A stretch of 64,000 nucleotides of DNA from Saccostrea echinata (GCF_033153115.1 NW_026889762.1:4278001-4342000); one strand, 5' to 3'. Shown: positions 49,716 to 63,494, numbered from the stretch's first letter. Notes: generated by a model not told the origin, from the letters alone. Translations and numbers: made by a program.

Positions 49716-49760
<45 letters not shown>
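48172..49760 (-). mobile_element. Complete Helentron/HINE-type element with a ~167-bp satellite array (oyster Cg170-like)
   Basis: Ends AACAAGAGGCCCATGGGCCACATCGCTCACCTGAG and CTCAGGTGAGCTAAAA (subterminal inverted repeat plus 3' palindrome); (GACA)n microsatellite; CTTGAATCTACACTACCTGAGG recurs at about 167-bp spacing (48904, 49071, ~49238, ~49405). Confidence 0.88.
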
Positions 49761-49761
<1 letters not shown>

Positions 49762-50975
49762 TGTTATGATTATGTTTCAATATAAAATATACAGTATTTG
49801 AATGTTGTCTATAAAAGAACATTTCCTGAATTATGTACATGCATGTTCTAAGGTATTTCGCATAAATCTACGCAGCCAAATACAAGTGTGATACTAGTAC
49901 TGTCATGGCTCTTTATGTACATTGTGTTACAATGCCGCGGCCCGCCTGTAGACCCCCAGTGGGTTCAGCTACTGAATTCCAACAATGTTTAAGAGTAAAT
50001 TGTAACCTTATAATTAGTCTCCCTGGTTATAATCACGGGGGGGGGGGGGTGTCACGTGCATCTCCACTCCCAAAAACTTTAGCAACAATTGTCGAATTAT
50101 ACACATTTTTTAAATTAGATTTTTTAATTAACACGCTTACTTGTTCACCATTGAGTTTTTTTTTAATTCCTCTCTTTAAATTTCTTGAATTGAGCGAAAT
50201 TAAGCTCCCTCATCCCCTTCCACTACACACTCTATCGTGTCTTAAGATGTCTTACAATGTACGTCTAAAAATATTTTCTTTTTTTCTAAGAATCAGTAAG
50301 TTTGCAACTAGCTGTTTTAAAAGATTAACATGAATAATATATAAGAATTTCAAAGTCGGAAAGACTTTACTGTGCAGGTGATGCTTGTGTATATTCATTT
50401 CTATTATTTCCTCAAATAGCCTATAGCAGAATTTTTATCTAAAATATTGAAACATTTTACTACGAAAGTTGTCACTTCACTTGACTAAATAATATTCTTC
50501 CATGTGCTTTCAGTAGCTTTAGAAAGTGAAGTCGTTACATGATAGTACACACTTCATATCGATTTCTCGGTATGCCTAGGAGTTGTCTCTCTCTTTCCAA
50601 GGTTTGATCTGCAGATAAATTACCTTTGATCAATTATCAAAACGATCCTAATGTGTGGCATAAATTTCCTTATTGATACCCGGGATGAGTTTGTTAACGA
50701 TACATGTGAAAAAGGCTCAAATACACTGCATTTGAAAACAGAATTTTTTTCTACCTACTTTAAACATTTTCAATTAATTAAACAAGATAAATGTTTCTGA
50801 GACGCAAAATATCATATACATGTACTTCACTTTGTCAATCATAAGCGAGGAGAATTAGGAATTTAAATCGACATTGATTCGTAACAATATTATTCTGGAA
50901 ATAGAAATTTTAATGTTTTGAAACATTGTTGCTGCATTTGCATCCACACTCAACATTGTACAATATAAATATCTG

Positions 50976-52862
50976 TTACTTTATTTCATATACTCTAATG
51001 TTCTTCCAGTTGCTACAAACACAGCAAATATTACTTCCTTCTTTAACTTTCATAAAAGCAGGCCTTGGAATGTTTTCTACAATTCTGATGAGACTGCCAC
51101 TAGAAGACAATATATGAACATTATTACTGTCTGTACCAGCCACATAGATATTATTCATCTCATCCTTGTCCACACTATAGGGTGTCCTAAGTTTAGGGCT
51201 GCTGTACGTCCATAGTGCTGTTCCTTGATCGTCCATGGTACTCACATTATGGGTGTACTCATTGCTATACACAATGTGTCCATTGTCCACCACAACTACG
51301 TACAGAACTCTGTCTTCTACGGGGTAAGAATGAATCAAGTTCCCTTGCATATCGTACTTTAGTATTGCTGTTTCAGAAGCAACCAATAGAAACTTCCCCC
51401 AGATTGCTATACCAAAAGGATAAAACTTTGGATGAACAGAAAATTCACGCAGTTTTATGAAGGTATCATTTGAAATGACGATTACACGTTTATTTGTGTG
51501 GTCAGTCACATACAATTCATCTTCGACACATCGTACATCAAAAAGATAACTGTCGGAATGGAATGTTTTTAGCCGTGTGGAAGTATCATTGGTCAGAGAA
51601 TACTTATTGAGGCCAATTTCACTTTTACTGTGACTTGCTACTACGAAGGTTCCATCCGGAAGAAAGGTGCCACTGCATATATTCAGACCCAGTGCATCAA
51701 AATCATAAAGAACAGAAAAATGGGCGTTTAATAAGTCCAAGTCAGTGAACTGGTTTCTTACAATATTTTTTACTTGAGGCCTTAACAGTAATATTGAATT
51801 TTTAAACCTTTCAAGTTCTCTAGCTGCATTAGATTCAATCTGGATTCTGAGTTCTTTTTTGCTTGTATTTTGTCTTTTCATTATTTCAAAATTTCCTTTA
51901 TTTTTATGATATTCCTTCATAAAAGAAGCACCTCTTTCTGCTTTCATTTCCTGAAGTTTTGTTAAACAGATCCTCGTAAACTTAATCCTGTCTGAAAGAG
52001 AATCAATATTTTTGTTTAACATTCCCCTGCTCTCCTTCATAACTTTGCTTAATTCATTATGATGCTCGCTTTCCAGTTTGTCTAATTGTTCAATTATTTC
52101 TTCCTTCAGCTTCTTTGTTTCTTCTGTAATAAGATCCGAAGTACTGTCTATCTCACTGATATTATCTTCGTGGCTCTTTTTTGCTGTCAACAGTTCCTCT
52201 TCATATTTTCTGAATTCCTTTTGCAATGCTTGTAAATTATCACTGTTCTTTATTCTCTCTACAGCTTTCTGTATGTCGTCGATGCTGTCACATCTCCTGT
52301 GCTCCGTACTTATACAGAGAGTGCAACATGGCTTACCGTGATCATTGCAGTACAACTCAACCTTTCTGTCGGGGTGCTCCTGACAATTTTCGTTTCTTAG
52401 TAAAGATGTTAATTCAATTACCGCTTTAGGTTCATTCAAAGATACAATTTTGTGTGTTCGCGATGCCAGATTTCGTCTGTGATATTTCGTACAGTTTCTG
52501 CATAAAAACTCTTGACAAATGAGACAAATATCCGTTGCTTCCTCCTCTTCGTTTTCCCTCTGACACGCTGAACAAAAACTGGATTCCTTAAGTTGGTTGA
52601 TTTTTTCAAGTATTTCACAGATTGGGAATTTTTCAGCCCAGTTTTCTAGTTTGTCGCCGGGGAATGGTGATGGAATAAATTCCTTACAAAGAGGGCATGA
52701 AAACCCTATGGGCACCTCTTTAGATTCACATGAAGTCATGATGTAGGACGATAGACAACCGTGGCAAAACAAATGTGAACAAGGCAGACATCTTGGTGTC
52801 CTGAATTTTTCAAAACAAATGGAACACGATGTAAGGTCATTCTGTGAAGGTGATGAAGCCAT
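50976..52862 (-). CDS. TRIM-like E3 ubiquitin ligase paralogue 2, 628 aa
   Basis: Same RING/B-box/B-box/coiled-coil/propeller layout (CSIC...CLPCSHLFCHGC...CPLC). Intact single-exon ORF. Confidence 0.92.
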   Translation of the reverse strand: MASSPSQNDLTSCSICFEKFRTPRCLPCSHLFCHGCLSSYIMTSCESKEVPIGFSCPLCKEFIPSPFPGDKLENWAEKFPICEILEKINQLKESSFCSACQRENEEEEATDICLICQEFLCRNCTKYHRRNLASRTHKIVSLNEPKAVIELTSLLRNENCQEHPDRKVELYCNDHGKPCCTLCISTEHRRCDSIDDIQKAVERIKNSDNLQALQKEFRKYEEELLTAKKSHEDNISEIDSTSDLITEETKKLKEEIIEQLDKLESEHHNELSKVMKESRGMLNKNIDSLSDRIKFTRICLTKLQEMKAERGASFMKEYHKNKGNFEIMKRQNTSKKELRIQIESNAARELERFKNSILLLRPQVKNIVRNQFTDLDLLNAHFSVLYDFDALGLNICSGTFLPDGTFVVASHSKSEIGLNKYSLTNDTSTRLKTFHSDSYLFDVRCVEDELYVTDHTNKRVIVISNDTFIKLREFSVHPKFYPFGIAIWGKFLLVASETAILKYDMQGNLIHSYPVEDRVLYVVVVDNGHIVYSNEYTHNVSTMDDQGTALWTYSSPKLRTPYSVDKDEMNNIYVAGTDSNNVHILSSSGSLIRIVENIPRPAFMKVKEGSNICCVCSNWKNIRVYEIK

Positions 52863-55800
52863 TGTTCTATGTTCACTGAGTATCCCAAGTAGTAAAATTC
52901 TGAGAAAAAATCACAATCGAAAGTAGAGTCATTTGCTCTCATTTTTGGAAGATCGATCCCGATCAGAAATAAGATTACAATATATCAACAAGCAGCAAGT
53001 TATCTAAAATAAGAAGTATATTACTGTTTTTAACAGAATAACATATATGTAAATATTGTACAAATTTTTTATCAATGCCTAGAATTTTATATAATACTAT
53101 ACATTTTTAAAAATAAAAAAGAACGAGGTCGCTTTTGATTAGCATTCAGCAGGAATCAGGGCGCACTTAAAAAATGAAAATTTCATTGTTCCGTCACATA
53201 AAGTTTTAGCAGTCTTTCGGTTTCCTGTAAAATAGGAAAGGGAAATATTTTCTCGATATTGTGTTTTTATTTGCTAAAATATAACTTGAAAATAAGCTAG
53301 ATTTGAACATATTTTATTATGTAGAAACCTAATTGGATTGGGTAGCAGGCATAGTCTATATAAGCCCTCTCCACACGATGTAAGGCCATTCTGTGAGAGC
53401 AATGGCTAGATGATTCATTTGCTACAAAATGTCATATTTTTAAACACGTTTTTCTAAAAAATTGCTATTTCTGGGTCATCTCTCCATGATTTTTAAACGT
53501 TGTTTGTATGCAATCTAATTTAAAGAAACAATCATTTGTAAAAAATGGAAAGAAAACCCAGAGACCATAAAAAATGAACTCCCCCCCCCCCCCGAAAAAA
53601 AAAATCCAGTGTGTAAATGCGGTGCTTCAATGTTGTTTTAAAATCAAGGATGCATGTGTAGCGATAATAGTTCAGTAGTATGCGTTACCAATCCAGTGCA
53701 ATGGAGCTGATTTTTTTTTTAAATTCTATACTCGCATGGAGCTTTAATATTTTTTGTATTGCAAACAATCAATTCTTTTGTCAGTTTAATTTTTTGTACT
53801 GATGTATTTTAAAATGGATAAATTCTGATTCTGTTGCATCGAGAGCGAAAGCAATTCTTCCAACCTACTGATAATTTAATATAAAGACGTACTTGTAATT
53901 GTATTTAACTATACCTTTTATTATATCTTGTAGGTGTTTATTATTTATGTGAAGCATAACTATGTTATAGTTTGATTATTAAGATAAGGGGACCTTAATA
54001 TTACAAAGTGACATATTATTTCAAACTAAATGTAACATTTTCCTTTGTGCAAAATTTTCTAAAGCCTGTCCAGCTGTGGTCAGCCGACCAAATCGTGGAC
54101 ATTTACACTATAAATGTTTCGTACACATGATTCCTGCAGATCACACGCCAAATTCATCCATCTTCTTAATCACCTGTTCAATTAAATCTCATAATTATAT
54201 GCTTTCTTTTGTCAATAAACCATAAATATTGTACAGTAGAAAATTATATGTATTTTAATCTTTATATAGTTATTAACCCGCGCGCTTAAGTTTCGTAGAA
54301 ATTGCTGTTTCGAAAAAAACCCACTTGTATAGTAACTTAAAACAAAAGTCCATAGGTCTGGGATTGACAATAGTTTGTTATTAAGTATATACTGCCATCC
54401 TTAGTATCAGACTCTCTTCTGAACTGACAGCTCTTACATGTATATGTGCTTATCACATGTTATGTAAATAAAAACACATAAAACATTTATTTATTTATTT
54501 TTTGTATGCTTATTTGATCTTTTTTAATCAGAAAATACCTTTAGGCTATTGAATTAATGAGAAAAAATATCAAGATTTTGGGGAAAAGTAGTTTTAATTA
54601 GTTCAAGTCACAAAAAGTTAATTAGGCCCCCTGCAAAAACACTGCACAGAGAACTACTTACTACATTAAGACTATTTTAAGAACATTCATTATAAATATA
54701 TAATCATTCAAATTCATGATTCGAGATTAAAAAAATTAGTTAAAACTATTATTACACATAGTTTGTTATTCAATAAAATCAGTATTTTTTGTATGAAACC
54801 GTCTATAAAATCTGTGTATAACAAAAGTTCAATCATCAATGAGTAATTAGTAATGTGCGGGAATGCTTTTATATACATGTAACGAACAATACATTTATTG
54901 GCACTAAAGAGCTAAGTCCACGAACCATCAACAACGGCCTCTTCTCAAAAATTAATGTGATGTGTATTATAGATAATGTAGAATTTTTGCTTTTCATAAT
55001 CGTTTTCCTTTTTTCAATATATTTTATACTTTTTAAAATTAGATATTGCAGTATGGCAGTTTTGATAGAAAAATGCAATAGGAACGTCATTTTTTGTAAT
55101 GTAACGTCACGTCAAAGAGCGATAGAAATGACTTAGTTTGCAATTACAATGTACCAATATACGAATTTAAGACTTAAAATTGAATAATTGGATATAGTTA
55201 TTTATGTAATCAAAAGCATTTAATTTAGAACCATAATTTAAAAAAGCAGATAAAAGTATTCATTTGATATACCAGTCAATTCTGACTGGATAGAATTGAA
55301 AAAAAAAATCTTTTCAAAGAAAATGACTTCAACTGCGGTATTTTTAGATCAATGAAATAGTGAATATTTGAGCTTTTAAAAATCTCTGTCTAAATAAATT
55401 ATCATTGAAAAAATAGTCAGCATGTATTTCCTAAACATTTGTAACAATAAATTGAACGCCTCATCGTTTTTGTTCATGTAAAAGAGAAACTGAAAGGAGT
55501 TACGTAAAATACGGAACTCATTCAAAACTTGTTATTCCTAAATACAAAATTTTGTGGAAAAAAATGAATTATATTTAAAAGAAAATCACCTAAAAACAAA
55601 AATGTTAAATCCGCTTAAAAATTAAAGATCTATGGTATTGACGTAGATGAATTCACGAGACTTCCCCACGTTCCATCAAAGAATAAACGGGGCATATATC
55701 AACTGAAATATAAATATAGGTATTACCTGATTTGTTGTTCGTAATACTTGTACATGTATATATTTACTGCAAGAAATAAATAAAGGTAGAAATTTGTGTT

Positions 55801-56695
55801 ATACTTAAATATAATTTTGAATGTATATAAACAAAGAGAGAGCATGTAACATCAAGATAAATCTTATATCTATACTGTTAAACAACTTTGATGAATACGC
55901 ATGTGAGATATATCCGCGAGATTTGCATGCAACCCAAGCTCGCGAATAGTTATCTTCGCGAACCAGCCAATCGCTAGGCCATATTTTATTCCCGTAAAAT
56001 AATAAGTGTGTTGTAAAGTGGAGATAAATAAATGATGTTTCTGTTTTTCTTCTCAAAACTTATCAGTATCTATTTACCTATAAATGTAATAAATTTAGTG
56101 TGTTTTATTGGTGTACTGCTTAACAATCACTGCTTTCAATTTCATTTTCACATTATATGATTTTCATGTGAATAAATAGAGCAGTATTGCGTATGTAATG
56201 CTCGTATACGTCAAGATAGTAAGTGGGATACATATATACAGGCATTATTATTTTGCAAATACTCAGCGTAAGATTGATTTTACACGAACAAGGACTTGCT
56301 AATACTAGTATATGTAAAGCCTTACGACAGACAGTATAAGAGGAAAAGGGTAAAATGCTCCTTTACTCTTGAAATAGAGAATATTTCTGTAGTAAACAGA
56401 GGCAGAAATAAAGGGGGGGCATACAAAATTCTTTTTCAGTGTGTCAACAATGGTTTGACATGCGTTAAAAAAATATTTACATTTGCTGTGTTTTTCTACT
56501 AAGCCAACTGTAAAATTGATTTGAGAGTCATTTTTGTGTATACTCACGCGTAGAAATATACACGGAGAAACTCGCGCTAAAGTGACGTCATAATGAGGCT
56601 GCAGAGACGTAAATAAAAATGAAACGATATAGGGCAGCAAGAAATTCAAATATTGAGTACATTATTGGTGCTTTTAAACTTTTAAAATGTAAATA

Positions 56696-56850
56696 TATGG
56701 AATGTGTTTAAGTTTAGTGTGAATTATTGGTGTGTAAATCACACAGACTTGCACGTAGCCATATTTTTCATGAAGCGCGCTAGCGCCTACGTGACAAGTC
56801 TGTGTGATTTACACACCAATAACTCACACAAAACTTAAAAACATTCCTTA
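56696..56850. mobile_element. Palindromic (foldback) element, Crypton-like non-autonomous
   Basis: Arms TTATTGGTGTGTAAATCACACAGACTTG / CAAGTCTGTGTGATTTACACACCAATAA, terminus ATTCCTTAA, GC-rich centre GCGCGCTAGCGC. Confidence 0.65.
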
Positions 56851-58836
56851 AATATTTCCAAGATTGTTTTATACATACTCTATAGGACATTGACCCTTAA
56901 GCACATGGCACTATTAACAAACACATCCTTTCTTCCCCTTTCACGTAGATTTTATAGTCATGAATCCTATAGTTTTAGATAATTCAATGTTAATATAATT
57001 GCATGTAGTGCTCTTATAATTTATGTCAAAACAAACCCCACACCCTTCTCACTGTGAAGTAGGAAACAACTAATCTCAATAGCGGATTCAGCGAAATTCA
57101 GTAATTTTCCCACCACCACCACAAAGAAGTTCACCGGAGTTAGTAAGAAGAGTCGTGTATATATATGAAAGAAAACTGCTTGTCAATAAGAAGTGTCCAA
57201 CCAAAATCCCCCGATAAAGTTTTTCATGTTCGAACTGGTTTATTTTTCTTGTCAAAAAAAAAAGGGGGGGGGTGTATTTTTGGCGTTGGTATTCACAGAT
57301 CCATCATTGACTCTAAGACTTACATTTTTTTTAAAAAAAATTCTTAAGTGATTCAATCATGAAAGCCGGAAACTGGCATTCAATTGAAAGTCTCTTATAG
57401 GAGAAATGCGTATTAGTATTACGGGCCTAAAATTAACATGGGAGGTGCTGGTCAAGAAAACTTGAGAAACAATTTATACACAAGTAGTTTACATGTACAC
57501 ATTTTACTCGTTATTTACATTAGTGTAGTGACGAATAAATAATTCTGAATTTTTTGAAACATAATTCAATTCCCCTTTTCTTCTTTCTCTTAAATAAGGT
57601 TTTTTTTTCTTTTTTCTTTTTTTTCTTTCTTTCTTTTCTTTTTTTGGCTTGTCATTTATTTTTTAACTTGACATCCCACCTGCACTTCATCTCACTCCTT
57701 ATAATAAACAATGTCAAGGGTCATATAATTATTTAAAAAATATGGATCTTGTTTCTGGAAACATATTTGAAATGTGTTGAAACCAGACAGCATCCTTTCT
57801 TAATGCTTTTAAAGAAGGGTGAACGTTACTTTTCCAGGTGCATAAGAATTATAACGCGGGCTTTTTTTAATGAAATGATTGACATGAAGTTATAAAAATA
57901 AAGATTGATTGCTGTTACATGTACGTATAAATATTGTATGTACCGACATGGGGATTCATTAAAGCCGGACATGTGCATTTGAGGGATCAGCACATGAGTT
58001 CTATCTTGGATCAAGTTTACAGAGATATTTCTGATTATTTCATTGCTAAATTTCTAATGATATCTTTTAAGATAATTTTCCCGTTTCTAATTAAATGCAT
58101 TTAACAAAACGACAGAAAACAAGGTCCATAAAAAGCCTTCGTTTTTTTTTTCTTTTTGATGATAAGCATTTTAACCGCAGTATTGATTGCATGTATCTTC
58201 TATGACGTCAAAAATGACGTATAACAAGTAACGTCATGAACAGCATACATGATCATAATATACACCATACACACATCCCCCCCCCCCCCCCCCCATTTGA
58301 TTTCAGAAAATGTAATTTTTAGATTCTTTACCACATTTAGTGTCATAAAAACAAAAAAATCGACTGCTTTTCTATCGCCTTGTGTGTTATCTATGGATCT
58401 TTAGTATAATATGACCAACCCATTAGCTATTAAAATTACGGGATTCTTGAAAACGTCAAAATTCAAAAGTTATGTCAAATTTCTTATGTGTCAAAGCACG
58501 AACAACGCTAATAATTGACATAAAGATTTCTATTTATACACATAGCAAGTAAGTTGCCCGTGACTCCATCTAACTTTGGGAAAAACCTGTTGATAAATCG
58601 GCATTTTTAACGCTTTTTAGAAACCAGCCTACATTCCAATCGTCTGATATGCCTAATGACGCTCGATTTAACATTTTTTTTTTTACATGTGGGATATGAG
58701 TGCGTTTTCACTTACATTATCAATATAAATATACCTCATGAATCGATCCAATAAGTTTGTGTAAAACACAAAGACACATATGATGGATCATTTTTCACAC
58801 GCACTGAAATTTTGTTTTATTTTTTTTTTCAACATG

Positions 58837-58933
58837 AGCACACTCGTTACCGCAAAATATTTTCATTGGAAAATAATTCTCGAATAGTTATTAATCTTTT
58901 TCTGTTTCAATATTTTGCGGTAACGAGTGTGCT
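58837..58933. repeat. Perfect 25-bp inverted repeat with a 47-bp spacer
   Basis: AGCACACTCGTTACCGCAAAATATT (58837-58861) and AATATTTTGCGGTAACGAGTGTGCT (58909-58933). Confidence 0.85.
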
Positions 58934-59235
58934 GTATGTGTAAATCACGATTAATTGTGTAAAATTTGGCATTTTTCCGGAAAACCTCGAACCGCGGTGA
59001 GGTTTAGAATTTAGTTTGACATAGTAAATATCCGGTTTTGACGGAAATGTTGTACATGTGAAATGTGTTAATGTTCTAGGGTGATAATTATCAAAAGCAT
59101 ATATTCTGAAGCCCTCTTATTTTTTTTTTCTTATTTACAAGGCCAAATAAGGCATATTGTGGGTCGAGTTCTGTTATTCCATGTTCTTTTTTCTTTCAAA
59201 TTTCTGCAAATATGTTTGAATATTTTTTTAATGCA

Positions 59236-61350
59236 TTTTTAGGTCACATGAGTCACTCAGGTGATCTATTGCTATCCGTTCTCGTCCGTCAGTGTGCGTC
59301 GTGCGTCGTGTGTTAACATTTGAACATTTTTAGCTTCTTCTCTGAAACCGCTTAACCAATTTCAACCAAATTTAGCATATAGCATCTATGGTGAAGGGGG
59401 AAAAAATTGTGAATTTCATGGTCCCTGCCCCACTTGGGCCTGAGGGGTGGTGCTAAAACCACCAAAAATAATGCAATCTTTAAAAATCTTCCTCTTTACT
59501 CTTGGACATCAAGCAGTCAAACTGTTAGCATCATTGTAATAAGCATTAAGCCCTCTACCAAAATTGTGAAATTCATGGCCCCAGGGTCAGGGGTTCTGGC
59601 CCCAGGGTGGGGCTATATAGATCATATAGTGAAAGTGCATTATTTCTTTGAAAATTTTCTTCTCTGCTCCTGGGTATTAAATAAAGTAACTAAGTACATA
59701 GTTATGATGAGTAAGAGAGCCTCTTCCAAAATTGTGAATTTCATGGCCCCAGGGTCAGGGGTTCTGGTGTTAGGGCGGGGCTCTATTGATTATATAGTGA
59801 AAATGCATTAATTCTTTGAAAATCTTCTTCTCTGCTCCTGGGTATTAAATAAAGTAACTAAGTACATACATGTAGTTATGATGAGCAAGAGTGCCTCTTC
59901 CAAAATTGTGAATTTCATGGCCCCAGGGTCAGGGGTTCTGGTGTTAGGGCCGGGCTCTATTGATTATATAGTGAAAATGAATTGATTCTTTGAAAATCCT
60001 CTCCTCTGCTCCTGGGCATTAAGGTGATAAACTAAGTACATAGTTATGATGAGGGGATGGGCCTCTTCCAGAATTGTGAAAGCCATGCCCCCAGGATCAG
60101 GGGTTCTGGTGTTAGGGTAGGGCTATATTGATTATATAGTGAAAATGCATTAATTCTTTGAAAATCTTCTCTGCTCCTTGGTATTATTTAAACAAAATAA
60201 GTGCATGGTTATGATGCATAAGGATGCCTTTTTAAAAATTGTGATTTTTAATGGCCCCAGGGTCAGGGGTTCTGGTGTTAGGGTGGGGCTATATTGATTA
60301 TATAGTGAAAATGCATTGATTCTTTGAAAATCTTCTTCTCTGCTACTGGAGATTATTCAAACAAACTAAGTGCATGGTTAATTCTATTAATTATTATTCT
60401 ATTCTATTATTCTATTAATTCTATTAATTAATCATTAATTAATCCTGTCTGCTCCTTAGCGTTGAGCTAATAAATAAATTGCTTAGCTATGATGAAAATG
60501 GGAGCTTCGAGCAGAAGTTTTAAATCTTGTGGTCCTAGGGTCAGGGGTTCTGGCATAACGAGGGGGGGGGGGGCTTTTGATAATATAGTGGAAAAGTGTT
60601 AATTCTTTGAAGTCCATAGTTATGATGTAAATTTCTTGACCCTTGGTCTTGGGTTCTGATGTTAGGGTAAGGCTTTGTTGAATCTGTAGTGAAAATGCAT
60701 TGTACCTGTGAAATTCTTCTCTGCTTCTGGGCATATCGGAAGCAAACTGAGTAAAAGTTTAAATGATATAAGTAAGCGTATTTTTACCAGATTTTTGAAC
60801 ATCTGGACCATTTGCCTAAGCATTCTGGTCCTGGGCAGGGCTCTATTAATTTGTATTCTACTGAGAGAAGTTATTCCCCTTTTCCATTCACCTTTGATAA
60901 TTAATCACTGTTAATGATGTATTTGAAAAGTTAATAGAATAAGATAATTATGCAAGAATGTTTATCGTATAATTCAAAAAGTACTTTCTTAGTTTTAATA
61001 ATCAGGTAGACCTGTAAGTAATAAATAAAAATGAGACAAAAATAACTTATCTTATTAAAAGTTCTTCAAAGACCATAAGAGAGGTCAATGCTAGAGGTCT
61101 TAATATGGGTTTTAAAATAGTACAGAAGCACTAATAGTTTGTTAATAGTCTGCATGGTGATAGTGTTAAGTGGGGGACAGATTAGAACTTAATTTATGAG
61201 TTGATACTGAATACTATACTAATTATTTTGTTGATCCTGATCTTCCTACTTCTCTTGCTTTAGGGCAACAAAGCTTCATCTATCATTGTATTTAACTTCT
61301 AAATTGTTGTATTATACTCAGGTGACCGTTAAGGCCCTTGGGCCTCTTGT
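59236..61350 (+). mobile_element. Helentron/HINE-type element with a ~170-bp tandem array
   Basis: Head TTTTTAGGTCACATGAGTCACTCAGGTGATC, GTGCGTC repeats, repeated AAATTGTGAATTTCATGGCCCCAGGGTCAGGGGTTCTGG, and 3' end CTCAGGTGACCGTTAAGGCCCTTGGGCCTCTTGT. Confidence 0.82.
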
Positions 61351-61659
61351 ATAAGGAGTAGTATCCCCAATGGGCCTCAACCATCACCAAAGCTATAAAT
61401 TCATTGTATGACCAACTCATCCCTACATGAGACAGGTTGAAATTAACGAATTTTATAATTTGGGGAGGCCTCCAAATTCATCAGAATGTTTTCAATTGAA
61501 TTTGAGATTCATATGCTAAACCACAAACAGAAAATGAAAGAAAATGTACACAGTTATTCCTTGTACATGTATATTATTTAAAGTAAACTGCACACACGAA
61601 ACACAGAAGAGGTATGCAAAGCACATTTACATTACGAAACAAAATATGTTTTAATATTG

Positions 61660-63494
61660 TCATTTTATCTCGTATACTCTAATAGTCTTCCTATTGCTAC
61701 AAACACAGCAAACGTTACTTCCCTCTTTCACTTTCATAAAAAAGGGTTTGGAATGTTTTCTATTATTCTGATAAGATTGCCATCACTAGACAATATATGA
61801 ACATTATCACTGTCTCTACCGGCAGCATAAATATTGTTTGGAACTGCTGTATTTCCAGAGCGTTTTTCCTTGATTGTCCATGGTAATCACAAAATTGGTG
61901 TTTGAATTACTAAATACAATGTGTCCATTGTTTAACACAGCTACGTACTGAACTCCTGCTTCTACAGTATACGAATGACTCAAGTTCCCTTGCATATCGT
62001 ACCTTAGAATAGCAGTGTAACAAGCAACATATAAAGACTTCCCGCAGACGGCAATACCATAAGGGCTATCATTGTGTTTAACGGAAAATTCACGCAAAGC
62101 TGTAAATGTATCATTTGAAATAACAACTACACTTTTTTTGTTGTTGTCAGTCACATATAATTCATTTTCTACACACCGTACATCAAAAAGATACCTGTTG
62201 GATTGGAAAGTTTTCAGCAGTGTCGAATTATCATTGGTCATGGAATACTTGGTGAATCCAGTTATACCTGCACTGTAATTTGCTACCACGAAAGTTCCAT
62301 CAGAAAGAAAAGTGCCACCATGCATATTTAGAGACGGTTCATCAAATTCATAACGAAGAGAAAAATGAACATTTATTAAGTCTAAGTCAGAGAACGCGTT
62401 CCTTGAATATTTTCTTACTTGAGGCTTAGAAAGTAATATTGCATTTTTTATCTTTACGAGTTCTGTCACTGCATTAGATTCAAATCTTATTTTTTGCGCT
62501 TTAATACTCGTACTTTGCTTTTTCATCATTTCAAAACATTCTTTGATTTTATGATATTTCATCATAAAAGAAGCACCTGATTCAGCTTTCACTTCCTCGA
62601 GACATTTTAAGCAATGTTTAGTAAACTGAATTCTGTCAGAAAGAGAATCAATTTTTTGGTTTAACATTTCCCTGCTCTCCTTCCTAACTTTGCTCAACTT
62701 ATCCCGATGCTCGCTTTCAAGTTTTTCTAACTGTTCAATAATGTCTTTCTTCAGCTTCTTTGTTTCTTCTGTAATAAGATCCGAAGTACTGTCTATCTCA
62801 CCGATATTATCTTCTTGACTTTTTTTTGGTCTCAACAGTTCCGCTTCATATTTTCCCAATTCTTCTTTCAATAATTCCAAATTATCACTATTCTTTATTC
62901 CCTCAGAAGCTTTCTGTATGTCATCGATGCTGTCACATCTCCTATGCTGAGTGCTGACACAGAGTGCAGCATGGCTTACTGTGATCATTACAATACAATT
63001 CGACTTTTCTATCGGGATGTTCCTGACAACAGTCATTTTTCATTAAAGCAGTATTCATTTGTACAAGTCCTTTAGGTTCGTTAAGAGGAGTTATATTGTG
63101 TGAACATGATACCCGATTTTGTCTGTGATATTTCGTACAGATTACACATAGAGCATCTTCACAAGTCAGGCAAACCTTCTTCGTTTCCTCTCTGACACGA
63201 TGAACATAATTTAGATTCCCTTAGTTGGTGGTATTTCTCAAGTATTTCACATATTGGGAACTTATCAGCCCAGTTTTCTGGCTTCTCAGTGGGTACTGGT
63301 GATGGTATAAATTCCCTACACAGAGGGCACAAAAACCCTATGGGCGCCTCTTTAGATTCACATGAATTCATGATGTAGGAAGATAGACAACAATGGCAAA
63401 ACAAATGTGAACAAGGCAGACATCTTGGTGTCCTGAATTTTTCAAAACAAATTGAACATGTTGCAAGGTCATTCTGTGAGGATGATGAAGCCAT
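61660..63494 (-). pseudogene. Frameshifted TRIM-like pseudogene, close paralogue of 50976-52862
   Basis: Split into ORFs 63159-63494 and 61816-63036 plus an out-of-frame tail (NIYAAGRDSDNVHILSSDG...RVYEIK*, stop 61660-61662). Indels lie in the B-box region, at a ~38-nt deletion near 61840 and in an A-run near 61740. Confidence 0.85.

Noticed and set aside
55900-56640. CpG-rich patch with CCAAT and TGACGTCA as a promoter for TRIM copy 2
   Set aside because: The motifs are short, there is no transcript evidence, and the patch may be transposon-derived.
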